Below are positions 10,079-20,258 of a DNA stretch of 64,000 bases, one piece after another. Positions within the stretch are counted from its first letter, which is position 1. The number at the start of each line of letters is the position of its first letter. The position numbers and the translations under genes were made by a program. The notes under the pieces were generated by a model. It ran no database searches, was not told where the DNA came from, and saw only the letters and a list, made by a program, of their open reading frames with translations. The DNA comes from an uncultured Gammaproteobacteria bacterium (lineage in GTDB: Bacteria > Patescibacteriota > Patescibacteriia > Magasanikbacterales > GWA2-37-8): assembly GCA_964596525.1 (NCBI GenBank), contig CAZQUL010000001.1, positions 1,079,723 to 1,143,722 on the forward strand, written 5' to 3'.

Positions 10079-11920
10079 TTAAGATCGAGAAGAAAGGGTG
10101 GCAAATTCTTGCCACAAACGTTCACAGGTCTCACGATCACCCGCGAGTTCGGCCTGCTTCATGGCAATGACCACCTCGCGGTGGCGGCGTTTGAGGGCAA
10201 GGGCGAGAAGTTCCTCGGTGAGTTTACCGAGTTCGCGTTCAGCCTCGGGCGCCGACAAGCCGTCGGGGTAAAGGTGAGCGTACATGAGCGGTAAGGCATG
10301 AAGAAGTTCGAGAGGAGCAAGCTGCGCCTCTTCGATATCCGCCAAAAAAACCGCTGTATCAAGTGGAATGCCGGTAGTATAGCGCGCCCTCCCCTGTTCG
10401 TAAAGGCCGTGGAAATCGGTTCCTTCGAACAGCTTAGGCGGAATCTTGCTGATAAACTCGACCGTGGCCTTGGGAAAAGCAATCGCAATCCCCCACCAGG
10501 CTTTAGCCAAACGCAGGAGTCGTTTTTCGTCCGGCGTTTGCTCCAAAGATGCGGAAGAAGCCGACACAGCCACCGGAAGGGGCGCAGATCGCGGGGCGGA
10601 AGATACTGAACGAGACAGCTCCAATCGACGGAGTTCTTGACGCAAAATACTGGCATCCACAGTGAGCAATGTCGCGGTGCGCGTCAGCCAGGCATCGCGC
10701 TCTACCGCAAACGGAATGCGGGCGATTTTGCCAAGCACGAACATGGCCGCCTCGTGACGCTCTCGCGGATTACTTAGTGCGTACCGCTTAGCTGCAAGTG
10801 ACAAATACCACTCCATGACGGGGAGCGCGTTAGCAACAGCGCCTTCCCACACGTCGGGCGCTTTTTTGATACACTCATCCGCATCTTTAGCCACGTCGCG
10901 GGGAATGCGGATGACACGCACGTTCATCCCCTCTTCGAGCGCCGCATCCACGCCGCGCTCACCGGCTTTTTCTCCCGCATTGTCAGCATCGAAAGCCATA
11001 GCCAGGTTCGTCGTGTAGCGCTTGATGAGCTTGAGCTGATCTTTGGTGAGCGCCGTACCGGACGCGGCGATAACACCCCGCATGCCATACTGGTGGCAGG
11101 CCAACACGTCCATTTGGCCTTCCACAAGAATCGCGCGATCATCGGTTTTAATGGTGGTTTTGGCTTTGGAGAGTCCGTAGAGGAGACGGGATTTGTCGAA
11201 CAGCAGGGTCTGCGGCGTGTTAACGTATTTACCACCAGACTCGGGAGTTTCTTTCAAAATACGCCCGGTAAAACCAACCACAGCACCATGCGGATCGCAA
11301 ATCGGAAACATAATACGGCCGCGGAACCGATCGTAGTGACCGCGCAGCGACCGCGGATCAGCCCCTTCACGCGCTACCGCCAAACCAGCTTTCACAATAT
11401 CGTCGAGCGCACACCCTTCTTTGAGCAGGTACCGCACCAAAAGATCCCACTGATCGGGGCTATACCCGATCTGCCATTCAGTAACGGTTTCGGGCTTGAG
11501 ACCGCGGGTGGTGAAAACGTAGGCTCGCGCTTCTTCGGCTGCCGGAACTTCTAGTAAGTACCGATGATAAAAATACGCGGCCTTGCTAAGAATTGTGCGC
11601 AGGCGCTCTTTTTCATCATTACTGGTTTTGCTCACCGTGCGCTGCTCAAGCGTTACACCAGCACGATCAGCGAGCATTTTGAGCGCCTCGCCAAAGCTTA
11701 TACCCTCCATGTCCATTACAAACGAAAACGCGTCTCCGCCTTTGTTGCAGCCAAAACAATGCCACCGCTGGCGCTCGGGGCTGACGATAAAGGAAGGGGT
11801 TTTTTCTTGGTGGAACGGGCAGCAGGCTTTCCAGCTCACTCCGGCTTTTTTGAGCGGCAGATATTCTTGGATAAGGGCCAAGATATCGATCCGGTCTTTG
11901 ATGGTCGTGAGGTCGTTCAT
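10079..11920 (-). CDS. dnaG: DNA primase DnaG
   Basis: CHC2 zinc finger [12 protein letters not shown]...CFGC, TOPRIM EGQMDVL...DAD, classical dnaG-rpoD synteny. Confidence 0.9.
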   Translation of the reverse strand: MNDLTTIKDRIDILALIQEYLPLKKAGVSWKACCPFHQEKTPSFIVSPERQRWHCFGCNKGGDAFSFVMDMEGISFGEALKMLADRAGVTLEQRTVSKTSNDEKERLRTILSKAAYFYHRYLLEVPAAEEARAYVFTTRGLKPETVTEWQIGYSPDQWDLLVRYLLKEGCALDDIVKAGLAVAREGADPRSLRGHYDRFRGRIMFPICDPHGAVVGFTGRILKETPESGGKYVNTPQTLLFDKSRLLYGLSKAKTTIKTDDRAILVEGQMDVLACHQYGMRGVIAASGTALTKDQLKLIKRYTTNLAMAFDADNAGEKAGERGVDAALEEGMNVRVIRIPRDVAKDADECIKKAPDVWEGAVANALPVMEWYLSLAAKRYALSNPRERHEAAMFVLGKIARIPFAVERDAWLTRTATLLTVDASILRQELRRLELSRSVSSAPRSAPLPVAVSASSASLEQTPDEKRLLRLAKAWWGIAIAFPKATVEFISKIPPKLFEGTDFHGLYEQGRARYTTGIPLDTAVFLADIEEAQLAPLELLHALPLMYAHLYPDGLSAPEAERELGKLTEELLALALKRRHREVVIAMKQAELAGDRETCERLWQEFATLSSRS

Positions 11921-12011
11921 AGTACGGGTACTCTAGCTGGTTTGGGTAAAAAAGCAATGGGTGTAAAATGTATGTTTGAAGGTATCGAAACCAAATTAAG
12001 AAACAAAACAC

Positions 12012-12062
12012 CCGTACCAGATGCTTTGCCGGACAGGTCCGGAGAGGCATTGATACGGGTTG
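12012..12062 (-). terminator. Imperfect long hairpin plus U-tract terminator between 217-aa gene and dnaG
   Basis: On the minus strand: cccgtatcaatgcctctccggacctgtccggcaaagcatctggtacggg followed by tgttttgtttctt. Confidence 0.4.
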
Positions 12063-12094
12063 AAAGTGGGTAGTCCGCGATGCGAGTCAGGAAC

Positions 12095-12748
12095 TCACGA
12101 GTTCGGGGCCGGCTTGCGGACAGCAGCGAAGCGGAAGGTTGTTCCCCAGGGGGCGATCCCTCGCTCGTGGAGCTGCATCAGGTTGATGTGACGCTTCTTG
12201 GCAGTGCAGCCTTCGATGTAGGGAACGGCGTTGTACACCGAGTAACCGAGGGCGACCACCATACAGACGAGCTGCTTATCGGGGTTGGCAAGCCACCAGT
12301 ACAGAAGCTCGACAAAGGTGGCTGCGCGATAGCCTTGTTCATCCAGGAAGGCTAATACCTCTTTGGTCGTCATACTCCTCGGGATGGCGATGTCGAAGAC
12401 CTCTTTGACCATAAGGTCATCTTTCTGCAGCGGGAAGTTCTCAGCCGTGATGTTGTGATTCACGAACGTGAAGCGGCACAGCGCCAGTATCCAGCTGAAC
12501 ACCGTCGTCCAGACCAGGTAGTTGAAGGGCCATACGATAAGGTCAGCCATCCGCTCGATGAGCGGTTTTCCTTCGGGCGTGTTAAGTCGGTAGATAGCTT
12601 CATCCGAACCACCTTTGGCGCGGACCGCCGTCAGCAGATCAAACCAGATTCCCGCCATCATGCCAGACGCGCTTACTACTGCCGAACGCTCAGCCGGAGT
12701 CTTACTCTTGGACATTGACTTTCTCCCGTGATTTGGCTTACCCCTCAT
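12095..12748 (-). CDS. Hypothetical protein (217 aa)
   Basis: ORF with ordinary codon usage and a hydrophobic segment; no recognisable domain. Confidence 0.45.
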   Translation of the reverse strand: MRGKPNHGRKSMSKSKTPAERSAVVSASGMMAGIWFDLLTAVRAKGGSDEAIYRLNTPEGKPLIERMADLIVWPFNYLVWTTVFSWILALCRFTFVNHNITAENFPLQKDDLMVKEVFDIAIPRSMTTKEVLAFLDEQGYRAATFVELLYWWLANPDKQLVCMVVALGYSVYNAVPYIEGCTAKKRHINLMQLHERGIAPWGTTFRFAAVRKPAPNS

Positions 12749-12934
12749 CCCGATACATTCGGGACCCCAGGCTTACCACACAAGCTGTTTTTCCCAGCTT
12801 TTTTCCACGTACTTTATCTAAAAATAAGCTAAAAAAGACTGGGAAAGATGCAAAGATCTAACGATAACGAAATATAATATCAAAAAAATGAGCTAGCGTC
12901 AATAATCCAGTGATTATAAACCGCTCATCATTTT

Positions 12935-12962
12935 AAAAAACCGCTGAAAACAGCGATTCTTA
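12935..12962 (-). terminator. Rho-independent terminator downstream of gpsA
   Basis: On the minus strand: cgctgttttcagcg hairpin followed by tttttt. Confidence 0.4.
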
Positions 12963-12985
12963 TAGGGTTCTACGATGCGGTCAAT

Positions 12986-13984
12986 CTACGTCTTCAATCC
13001 GCGCAAAAAACGCTCCCATAAAACTTTGGCATCCGTTGGTTTTTTGAGAATCTTTTGAGCCAGCGCAAGAAGCGGGACAGTAAGTTTATGTTTTCGAGCG
13101 AAAGTCAGAGCGTGCGGAACGGTGCGGACACCTTCCACCACTTGGCCGATACTATGGATCGCCTGTTCGACATCACCACTCGCGGCGATGATTTCTCCGG
13201 CACGGCGGTTGCGACTGTGCGGACTGAGTCCTGTGCCGAGCAAATCGCCGAGTCCGGCAGCTTGCTCAACTGTCGTTTCCTTTCCACCCGCAGCTACAAC
13301 GAATTTTTTCATTTCGGTCATGATAAGTGTCACGATGAACGCTTTGGTGTTGAGCGGGAGATGAGCGCCATCCATGGTTCCCAAGAGAAAGGCGTAGCAA
13401 TTTTTAAGCACGCCGCAAAGTTTAACACCTATCACATCCACACTCGGAACCAATTTGAGGAATGGCGTGGTAAAGGCTTTATACACAAGATCACGGTGCG
13501 CGCGCGAGCGGCTTACGATATTCATGACGGTAAAATGACCTTCAGCCACTTCTTTAGCTACCGCCGGACCAGAAATAATGACGCGCTGTTTCCATAATTT
13601 TTCTAAGCGCTGATTGGCTCCCGGGAGAGCGCCATCAATTTCAAAACGGTCGGATGTAACGCCTTTGGACACATCGACAAGAATAACATCGGGGTCAAAA
13701 AAGGGTGCGAGGCGGACAAGCGTCTCGGCAATGACTGCGCTCGGCAACGCCACGACGACCACTCGGCGACCAGAAAGGGCGCGCGCAGCATCGGGTTCAG
13801 CCACTACGTTGTCCGTAAGCTTGATTCCGGGGAGATATTTGGAATTTTCGTGATGAGCTTGAATGGTGGTAAGTGGCTCAGGATCGCCTTCATAATTCCA
13901 GAGCGTAATGCGGTGCCCGCGCTGCGCGAGCACGTGAGCCATAGCAGTTCCCATGTTTCCGGCACCAAGAATCGTTATCATCAT
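12986..13984 (-). CDS. gpsA: NAD(P)H-dependent glycerol-3-phosphate dehydrogenase
   Basis: N-terminal Rossmann ILGAGNMGTAMAHVLAQRGH, GpsA length and C-terminal architecture. Confidence 0.85.
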   Translation of the reverse strand: MMITILGAGNMGTAMAHVLAQRGHRITLWNYEGDPEPLTTIQAHHENSKYLPGIKLTDNVVAEPDAARALSGRRVVVVALPSAVIAETLVRLAPFFDPDVILVDVSKGVTSDRFEIDGALPGANQRLEKLWKQRVIISGPAVAKEVAEGHFTVMNIVSRSRAHRDLVYKAFTTPFLKLVPSVDVIGVKLCGVLKNCYAFLLGTMDGAHLPLNTKAFIVTLIMTEMKKFVVAAGGKETTVEQAAGLGDLLGTGLSPHSRNRRAGEIIAASGDVEQAIHSIGQVVEGVRTVPHALTFARKHKLTVPLLALAQKILKKPTDAKVLWERFLRGLKT

Positions 13985-13986
13985 AA

Positions 13987-15669
13987 TTAGGTGAGAGAAT
14001 ACAAACCGAGTTTAATATCTTCGTCCTGCTCGCGGCGCAGATCAGTGAACACTTTTTTACTCAGATTTTTCTTGCGAATGAGGTCTGCAATAAGGCCGCC
14101 GCCAAGTACGTGGGGCATCATAACGTAATCCGCGCCGTTAGCATAGAGCAATTCGCGGTATTTGGTATGAGCGAGATTTGCGACCAAGAAGGCTTTCTTG
14201 CTACGGCTCCTAATGTGCTTAATAAACGTCACCTGGTCGTGCGCGTCCGGGATGGTGGAAATGACAAGCTTTGCCGATTCGAGGGGTAATTCGCTCAAAA
14301 ATTCCACATCGGCTGCATCACCAAAGTAAGCGGGAATACCCTGTTTTTTAAGATCAGCAACAATTTCGGGATTGAAATCTACAACCGCAAAAGTGACCCC
14401 TTTGTCTTTGAGTGCCTGCGCGATACGCCAGCCAATGCGATGCGCTCCGATAAGCCAGACGTCGTAGCGTTTTGGTTCATCTTCAGCCTGCGCATGACGC
14501 TCAGGCGACCACCGTTTAAACCACGGCTCAAAGGCATTGAACAGCTGTTCGCTGTAGGTGATGAGGTACGACGAAGCGCAAATCGTCACCAGTGCGACGC
14601 CCGTAAAAAGCGCCACATCCTGTTCGGCCACGAGCCCGAGTTTTGCACCCGTAAAGAGGAGCACGAAACCGAATTCGCTTACTTGGGCAGCTGTTAAACC
14701 GATAAAGAAACTGTTGCGGCGGGTAAATTTAACCGCACGAAAAATGAGGTACAAAATGAGCGGGTTGCCGATAAGCACGAATACAGAGAAAATGATGATG
14801 GGAACGATGATATCATCAAGAGCCGACAGGTGAAGCTGCGAACCCAAGAGGATGAAAAACAGGATAAGGAAAAAGTCGCGCAACGGTTTGATGCGACTGG
14901 CGATTTCGGCCTGAAAAGGCGACGAACCGAGCGCGAGACCAGCCATAAGCGCGCCCGTTTCTACGGAAAACCCAAGCAGATGTAGAACTGCCGTACACCC
15001 AAAACACCATGCCACGGTAAATAAGAACAGGAATTCTGCCGAATGGGCAATGCGGTTGAGAACAAAAGGCAAAAGTACACGTGACGTAAACGCGACGATC
15101 GCTATCATGGCGACGATCTTGAGGGCAAAGAGGCCGAGCGTAGAACCAAGCGATCCGCCCATTTCCTTCACCGAGAAAAGGATCATTATGATGATGGCAA
15201 TGAGATCTTGCACCAGCATGAGACCGATCGTATAGCGGCCATAGACGGAGTCGTTATGCTTTTTGTCGGAGAGCAATTTAGTGACGATGATGGTACTCGA
15301 AAAGGTGGCTGCAAGCGCGATATAAAAAGCCGAAGATAAGGTAAGCCCGAGAAGTTTAAGCACGATCCAGCCGAAAAAAACCGTAAAAACCGCTTGCCCA
15401 AAACCGGCGATAAGAGCAATTTTACCGATGCGCTTGATGTAGGAAAAATTAAGGCTCAAACCCACGACGAACAGCAAAAAAACAACGCCGAATTCAGCGA
15501 ATGTTTCATATAATTCATGGCCGTCCCGCACCAGGTTAAACACTATCGGCCCTACCACGATCCCAGCAATGAGGTATGCCACAATGAGCGGCTGACGAAG
15601 GAGTTTCGCCACCCACGCCAGCATAGTTGTGACGGCAAAAACGATGCTTAATTGTGAAAATACGGACAT
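13987..15669 (-). CDS. CPA2 (Kef-type) monovalent cation:proton antiporter with C-terminal RCK/TrkA-N domain
   Basis: Multiple TM helices, then VWLIGAHRIGWRIAQALKDKGVTFAVVDFNPE (Rossmann RCK). Confidence 0.8.
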   Translation of the reverse strand: MSVFSQLSIVFAVTTMLAWVAKLLRQPLIVAYLIAGIVVGPIVFNLVRDGHELYETFAEFGVVFLLFVVGLSLNFSYIKRIGKIALIAGFGQAVFTVFFGWIVLKLLGLTLSSAFYIALAATFSSTIIVTKLLSDKKHNDSVYGRYTIGLMLVQDLIAIIIMILFSVKEMGGSLGSTLGLFALKIVAMIAIVAFTSRVLLPFVLNRIAHSAEFLFLFTVAWCFGCTAVLHLLGFSVETGALMAGLALGSSPFQAEIASRIKPLRDFFLILFFILLGSQLHLSALDDIIVPIIIFSVFVLIGNPLILYLIFRAVKFTRRNSFFIGLTAAQVSEFGFVLLFTGAKLGLVAEQDVALFTGVALVTICASSYLITYSEQLFNAFEPWFKRWSPERHAQAEDEPKRYDVWLIGAHRIGWRIAQALKDKGVTFAVVDFNPEIVADLKKQGIPAYFGDAADVEFLSELPLESAKLVISTIPDAHDQVTFIKHIRSRSKKAFLVANLAHTKYRELLYANGADYVMMPHVLGGGLIADLIRKKNLSKKVFTDLRREQDEDIKLGLYSLT

Positions 15670-15786
15670 ACAGAACTAAATGAAAAAGATGCTTATAGCA
15701 TACCAAAAATAGTGCTTCTTGTCGCTCCTTAAAATAAAAAGGCGGCGAAGCTCAAACTTCACCGCCGACGAAACCACGCAGTCCGG

Positions 15787-16227
15787 TTATACGGTCGCTT
15801 CTTGCCGCGGCACCACTTCTTTGATCTGCCACCACTGGCGATACCTTACTGTGACGAAGGCAAACGAAGCTATCCCGAGAGCTCCGTTGATGGCATGGGA
15901 AAGTTTTGGCAGGGATGCAATATGCGCCCCACACGATACTCCGACGAGAAAGGTCGCAATGCCAAGGGCCACGCACGTGTGCGGGTCGGAAACAAACTCG
16001 CGGATGTGCGTCCAGGCCGCAACGATAAAAATAACCCAAAACGCAGCCGTACCGTAGCGAATAGCAGGAAACACCATCGCCTCTTGTCGCTCGCGTAGAA
16101 ACAGGGCGCATTCCACGATAGCCAGGGCAAGAAAGGAGAAAGCTGTAAGAATCATGATCAGGCGCTGGAAAAAAGCCTGATTGGGGGTAAGACGCAGTTC
16201 TTCTTCCATCACACACCTCACCTTCAC
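15787..16227 (-). CDS. Hypothetical integral membrane protein (146 aa)
   Basis: Four hydrophobic segments. Preferred over the overlapping Cys/Arg-rich frame 15752..16216. Confidence 0.35.
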   Translation of the reverse strand: MKVRCVMEEELRLTPNQAFFQRLIMILTAFSFLALAIVECALFLRERQEAMVFPAIRYGTAAFWVIFIVAAWTHIREFVSDPHTCVALGIATFLVGVSCGAHIASLPKLSHAINGALGIASFAFVTVRYRQWWQIKEVVPRQEATV

Positions 16228-16253
16228 AACGGGTAAAGGTACCCTATACGGGG

Positions 16254-16673
16254 CTATGGATTCTTGTCAATTTTTTTGAGGAGATCGCGGATCTCGGTAA
16301 GCAGCACTATATCCGCCGGCGGGGGCGGTGGAACGGCGGTCGCAGCATGATGTTCACGTCGCTTCAAGGCATTGATGCTTTTGACGAGGATAAAGACCGC
16401 GAAGGTAATAATGATAAATTCCACCGTTACTTGAATGAAATTGCCGTAATTCCACGTTGCGGTTGGTGCGCCTTCCGCCGAACGGACCAAGACGATCTTG
16501 AGATCTTTAAAGTTGAAACCGCCAATGATGAGGCCGATAGGCGGCATGACGATATCGTTGACGAGCGACGTGGTGATTTTCCCGAATGACGCACCCACGA
16601 TAACGCCGACTGCGAGATCGATAACATTGCCACGCACTGCGAACTCCTTAAATTCTTTAATCATGCCGCGCAT
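16254..16673 (-). CDS. mscL: Large-conductance mechanosensitive channel MscL
   Basis: MIKEFKEFAVRGNVIDLAVGVIVGASFGKI..., an MscL hallmark N-terminus and size. Confidence 0.9.
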   Translation of the reverse strand: MRGMIKEFKEFAVRGNVIDLAVGVIVGASFGKITTSLVNDIVMPPIGLIIGGFNFKDLKIVLVRSAEGAPTATWNYGNFIQVTVEFIIITFAVFILVKSINALKRREHHAATAVPPPPPADIVLLTEIRDLLKKIDKNP

Positions 16674-16688
16674 AGGTAGTTTAGTTTT

Positions 16689-17444
16689 TTATTGCTTTTT
16701 GAAGGAATCGGTAATCGAAAAAATGCCTTTGATGGGATAAGCGCGCCAGTGATCGCTGCTGAGCATTTCAACCGGCGTGAAGAGGCCAGATGCAGAAAAA
16801 CGCATGCCAGGAACAAGCTCTGGCACGAGCTGAGACGAAAGAGAAGCATCAACCGCATAGTAGGAACCATCATCAGTTTTCATACCAATCGCGCATTCCA
16901 TAGTCTGCGGGCCAACCTGATTGACATGCGGCAAACACACCGCCGTGCCAGTCAAATTCGTGCGTGTACGCGTGGAACCAATGGCCGGAGGTATCGCTAC
17001 CGGAGTTTCTGGCTCAGTTTCTAGAATAGACACGATACGGTCAACATCATATTCCGATCGAATAGGCATTCCTACGCGGCGGGCAATGTTTTCGAGGAGC
17101 GTGCCCATGCCATAGGCGGTAATGGCATTATCAGCAGAGGTCACAACGGGCGACGGTCCGCGGGCACTCCCCACAGTCTCAACCCACGCGAAATCGGTCG
17201 GCATAAGACCGGGGTATACTTGCATAAACATACCCTGTTCAAACCCTTCGATAGGCCGACCAAGTTCTTGCACCACCTTAGATTGCAGGGCGTGGGTAAA
17301 ATAGGCTGCCGGACGGGTGAGAGAAACGGCGTTTCGGCGGTGGCGCGGATACATGCGATCATTCCTCATAAAACAGAGACCGGCAATAACCGCAACAATG
17401 GTAATAAAGGTAAAAAACAGGGCGTTTTTTATACGGAGCGACAT
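16689..17444 (-). CDS. Membrane-anchored hypothetical protein, tandem paralog A
   Basis: Starts MSLRIKNALFF + TM. Shares GxPIExFEQxxFMxVYPxLMxxDF...VETxGS...LLENxARRxxMPI with 17471..17959. Confidence 0.5.
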   Translation of the reverse strand: MSLRIKNALFFTFITIVAVIAGLCFMRNDRMYPRHRRNAVSLTRPAAYFTHALQSKVVQELGRPIEGFEQGMFMQVYPGLMPTDFAWVETVGSARGPSPVVTSADNAITAYGMGTLLENIARRVGMPIRSEYDVDRIVSILETEPETPVAIPPAIGSTRTRTNLTGTAVCLPHVNQVGPQTMECAIGMKTDDGSYYAVDASLSSQLVPELVPGMRFSASGLFTPVEMLSSDHWRAYPIKGIFSITDSFKKQ

Positions 17445-17470
17445 ATAGCACATTAAAATAATACTCATGA

Positions 17471-17959
17471 CTAATCGTATTCCCTTAAAGGGTAAGCACC
17501 ATATTCTAGGAAGGCTGACCGCAGCTTCAACACCGACAAAATAGCATCAATATCGCGATAGGAGGTGATTGGCATATCTAAGCGACGAGCAACATTTTCG
17601 AGCAAAGTAACCATGCCCCGCCCCGTAATGGCTCTATCGGGAATACCTCCAACACGTGACGAGGATTGACGTAGACTTCCTGCTGTCTCAACCCCGTCAA
17701 AATCGCTCCTCATAAGACTGGGATATACCATCATAAAGAACTCCTGTTCAAACGTTTCAATGGGCTGACCAATCTCACGTACTACCTGCGCCTGCATGGT
17801 TGCTGCAAAATACATCGCCGACGACGTAACCGAAAGAGCCGCTCGTTCTAAGCCATGCTCGCGGTACAAGTGGTTATCTTTCATAACAAATACTCCTATA
17901 CCGACCGCGCAAATCGTTATCCCCACAAAGAAAAGGGTATTTTTAACACGCAACGACAT
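17471..17959 (-). CDS. Membrane-anchored hypothetical protein, tandem paralog B
   Basis: Likely start MSLRVKNTLFF (internal to listed ORF 17471..18094). Same conserved core as paralog A. Confidence 0.5.
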   Translation of the reverse strand: MSLRVKNTLFFVGITICAVGIGVFVMKDNHLYREHGLERAALSVTSSAMYFAATMQAQVVREIGQPIETFEQEFFMMVYPSLMRSDFDGVETAGSLRQSSSRVGGIPDRAITGRGMVTLLENVARRLDMPITSYRDIDAILSVLKLRSAFLEYGAYPLREYD

Positions 17960-18147
17960 ACATCGGGACGCCTTAAAAGATAAAAAGTGCATTTTAAGTA
18001 TACCTAATAACGCTTCTCTCGGGTAGATAGTATGTACATAGTACAGAGAAATAATTACTTTTTCTCCACACCACCCCCTTGTTCGAAGACGCATAAACCG
18101 TTTACGATGAATATAAGGAGGAATTTGGTTATTGATGTACAGATTTT

Positions 18148-18381
18148 ATGAGAAAGACATCTCTTTTCTCCTTGCTACTTTTAATTTTCGTCGTAGCGCT
18201 TATCGCAAGCTTTGTTTTCTTGGTACTTTTTAAGCAAACCAGTTGGTGGATGCTCATTGGCGGATTACTCATCGTAATCACGGTACTTGTTATTGGTCTG
18301 CTTCTCGGAATGTTCCGGCTTACCCCCTTGCCGTCTACCCCAGAAACTAAATCAACGATCCACCACCGTTTCAGATCCTAA
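18148..18381 (+). CDS. Small membrane protein (77 aa)
   Basis: Two hydrophobic helices. Followed by a terminator. Confidence 0.35.
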   Translation: MRKTSLFSLLLLIFVVALIASFVFLVLFKQTSWWMLIGGLLIVITVLVIGLLLGMFRLTPLPSTPETKSTIHHRFRS

Positions 18382-18408
18382 CCTCACCTCACAAACACTT
18401 GCGTAACG

Positions 18409-18437
18409 CTAAAAGTCCTCTTGCCGAGGACTTTTAG
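18409..18437. terminator. Bidirectional Rho-independent terminator
   Basis: aaaagtcctcttgccgaggactttt. Confidence 0.55.
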
Positions 18438-18461
18438 GTATATTACTACCTAAACAGCGTA

Positions 18462-18974
18462 TCATGAACGGTATTCACGGATCTCTTTGGCACCAGCACG
18501 CTCCAAGATAGCCTTGGCTCCTTCGGTGTTGGAGCGAACCACCAAGAGCGCATCGCCACCACGGACCAAATCTTCGTAGAGACGGGCGTCTTCTTTATCA
18601 ACGCCAAGGCTGGCGAGCGCGCCAATGAGACCGCCGGCCGCCGCACCGGTGGCAGCTCCGGCAACGGTGGTAGCCGCCGCACCGCTCAAACCAAGCGCGG
18701 CCGCGAGTGGCCCGGCAACGAACAGCGACCCTAAACCTGGAAGTACACCGTTAGCTACTACCAAACCAGCAATAGCGCCGATGACCGCACCGGCTCCAGC
18801 GCCAACGGCCGCGCCAGCGCCGATTTTGGTACCGGCTTGCTCGTCTTTAATTTCACCTTTTTGATCGACGTAGAGATACGAAATATCATCTCCCGAAATA
18901 CCGAAATCCTTAAGCTCTTTGATAGTCGCGTCCGCCACCCCATGCGTCGCGTACACTCCGATAGTGGTAATCAT
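18462..18974 (-). CDS. General-stress-type protein with glycine-zipper membrane segment (DUF1269-like)
   Basis: N-terminal soluble domain, then GAGAAVGAGAGAVIGAIAGL glycine zipper, then a C-terminal soluble domain. Confidence 0.45.
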   Translation of the reverse strand: MITTIGVYATHGVADATIKELKDFGISGDDISYLYVDQKGEIKDEQAGTKIGAGAAVGAGAGAVIGAIAGLVVANGVLPGLGSLFVAGPLAAALGLSGAAATTVAGAATGAAAGGLIGALASLGVDKEDARLYEDLVRGGDALLVVRSNTEGAKAILERAGAKEIREYRS

Positions 18975-19176
18975 ATGGATTACTTAGGTGAATAAAATTC
19001 ATCTGCAGGTGAATATAGGTAGCGTAGTCCTATAGCAAAACTACCAGCAACACAGACTGTGGAAAAATAATCCAAAGCGAGATACCAATTCTCTTTCATC
19101 CGCAATAAAAAACTGCATAACTTTTAATAGACAAGAAGCGTATCCTGTCTGTATACTCACCCTGTAAGGAGGCGAC

Positions 19177-19332
19177 ATGTCACTCTACCCGTTTAACCCG
19201 CGTCAGCTGCCCCGCGAGCCGCACCCTGCCTGGCGTTTTGCAGAGCGCCATCACCCCTGGCCCCTAGCCATTTTTTTCCTCTCGGCGGTTATCACGATGG
19301 GTTGGCTTCTTAATTCGCTCACGGTGCAGTAA
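19177..19332 (+). CDS. Unlisted small ORF (51 aa) with strong SD (AAGGAGG) and a C-terminal TM helix
   Basis: ctgtaaggaggcgacATG; MSLYPFNPRQLPREPHPAWRFAERHHPWPLAIFFLSAVITMGWLLNSLTVQ; followed by tandem hairpin terminators. Confidence 0.35.
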   Translation: MSLYPFNPRQLPREPHPAWRFAERHHPWPLAIFFLSAVITMGWLLNSLTVQ

Positions 19333-19345
19333 ACACAAGCAATAA

Positions 19346-19410
19346 TCCCCAGGAGGTTTCGGCCTCCTTTTTAAAAAACAAAACCACTGGAGTCCATCCA
19401 GTAGTTTTGC
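19346..19410. terminator. Pair of hairpin terminators between convergent genes
   Basis: aggaggtttcggcctcctttttaaaaaa and aaaaccactggagtccatccagtagtttt. Confidence 0.45.
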
Positions 19411-19423
19411 AAAAAATCAGTAA

Positions 19424-19810
19424 CTAGACTTTATTTTCCACTGTGGCAGTCTGTTGTTTTTTCTTGAAGAGCGCGTAAGAAGCGCTGCAAAGAAGTAGCC
19501 CGACGAGCGCTGGCATGAATCCTTGCGGACCGTCGCCAACCGCGAGGTGTGAAATGAGCGCGCCAACAAGGTCGAATGTGAGACCGGCATACGCCCATTC
19601 GCGGAGCGTCGCTGATTTGTTCTGCCAGATGCCGATGATACCGAGAATTTTTGCCCAACCGACGATGTACATGACATAGACGGGGTAACCGAGGTGCATC
19701 ATCATTTCTTTGGCACCGGGATTACCCGTAACATCCACAATAGCACCAGCCAGAATACCGAGCGAAAAAATAACGGTGACGATGTAGTATGCGACACGTA
19801 CCTTCTTCAT
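19424..19810 (-). CDS. DoxX-family membrane protein
   Basis: Four-helix small membrane protein, DoxX-like topology. Confidence 0.5.
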   Translation of the reverse strand: MKKVRVAYYIVTVIFSLGILAGAIVDVTGNPGAKEMMMHLGYPVYVMYIVGWAKILGIIGIWQNKSATLREWAYAGLTFDLVGALISHLAVGDGPQGFMPALVGLLLCSASYALFKKKQQTATVENKV

Positions 19811-19848
19811 ACGAATGTAAACATTAAATTAAAATGGATAATCAAAAT

Positions 19849-20235
19849 TTATTTCTTTCCCGGCTGTAAAACACCGAAAATATTTCCCTCCGGATCTTTG
19901 CGATAGGCCAGAATTCCTACGCCGCCCGGAATTTCCATCTTGTCGGTCGCGACCGTGCCGCCGGCGTGTTCGATCTTGGCAAGTGTTTCGTCGATATTTT
20001 CGACTTCGATGGTGCAAATGAAAGCGTTAACCGGAGCTCCTTCAACCGGCAAACCACTGCGGCGCTCATTCATGCCGCCGTCGATGCCAGGGCTTTCCGT
20101 ACCAGTCGTGACGACGCGGTAATTGGCCATAGCCGGACCCATATCCTTGATATCCCAACCGAAGACTTCTTGATAGAATTTTTGGAGTTTATCGAGATCT
20201 TTACCATGGATCTCGAAATGGATGACGCGGTTCAT
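19849..20235 (-). CDS. VOC/glyoxalase-family protein
   Basis: MNRVIHFEIHGKDLDKLQKFYQEVFGW, a glyoxalase/bleomycin-resistance fold signature. Confidence 0.6.
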   Translation of the reverse strand: MNRVIHFEIHGKDLDKLQKFYQEVFGWDIKDMGPAMANYRVVTTGTESPGIDGGMNERRSGLPVEGAPVNAFICTIEVENIDETLAKIEHAGGTVATDKMEIPGGVGILAYRKDPEGNIFGVLQPGKK

Positions 20236-20258
20236 ACAATAGTTTAAAAAATAGTAAT

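Noticed and set aside
10068-10115. Longer rpoD start (MARICHPFF...) from the ORF track
   Set aside because: It would overlap the dnaG stop by 37 nt and read through a perfect hairpin. MPKKTP at 10067 leaves an 11-nt gap. Either way the sigma-70 identity is unchanged.
12030-12060. caggtccgga motif resembling the SRP (4.5S) RNA domain IV sequence in the dnaG upstream intergenic region
   Set aside because: Only a 10-nt match. No GGAA tetraloop or AGCAGC follow-on. On the minus strand the region folds as a long hairpin followed by a U-tract, better explained as the terminator of the upstream 217-aa gene.
15752-16216. Alternative 154-aa frame overlapping the 15787..16227 membrane-protein ORF
   Set aside because: Product is Cys/Arg/Gly-rich with no hydrophobic periodicity. 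The other frame gives a plausible 4-TM protein.
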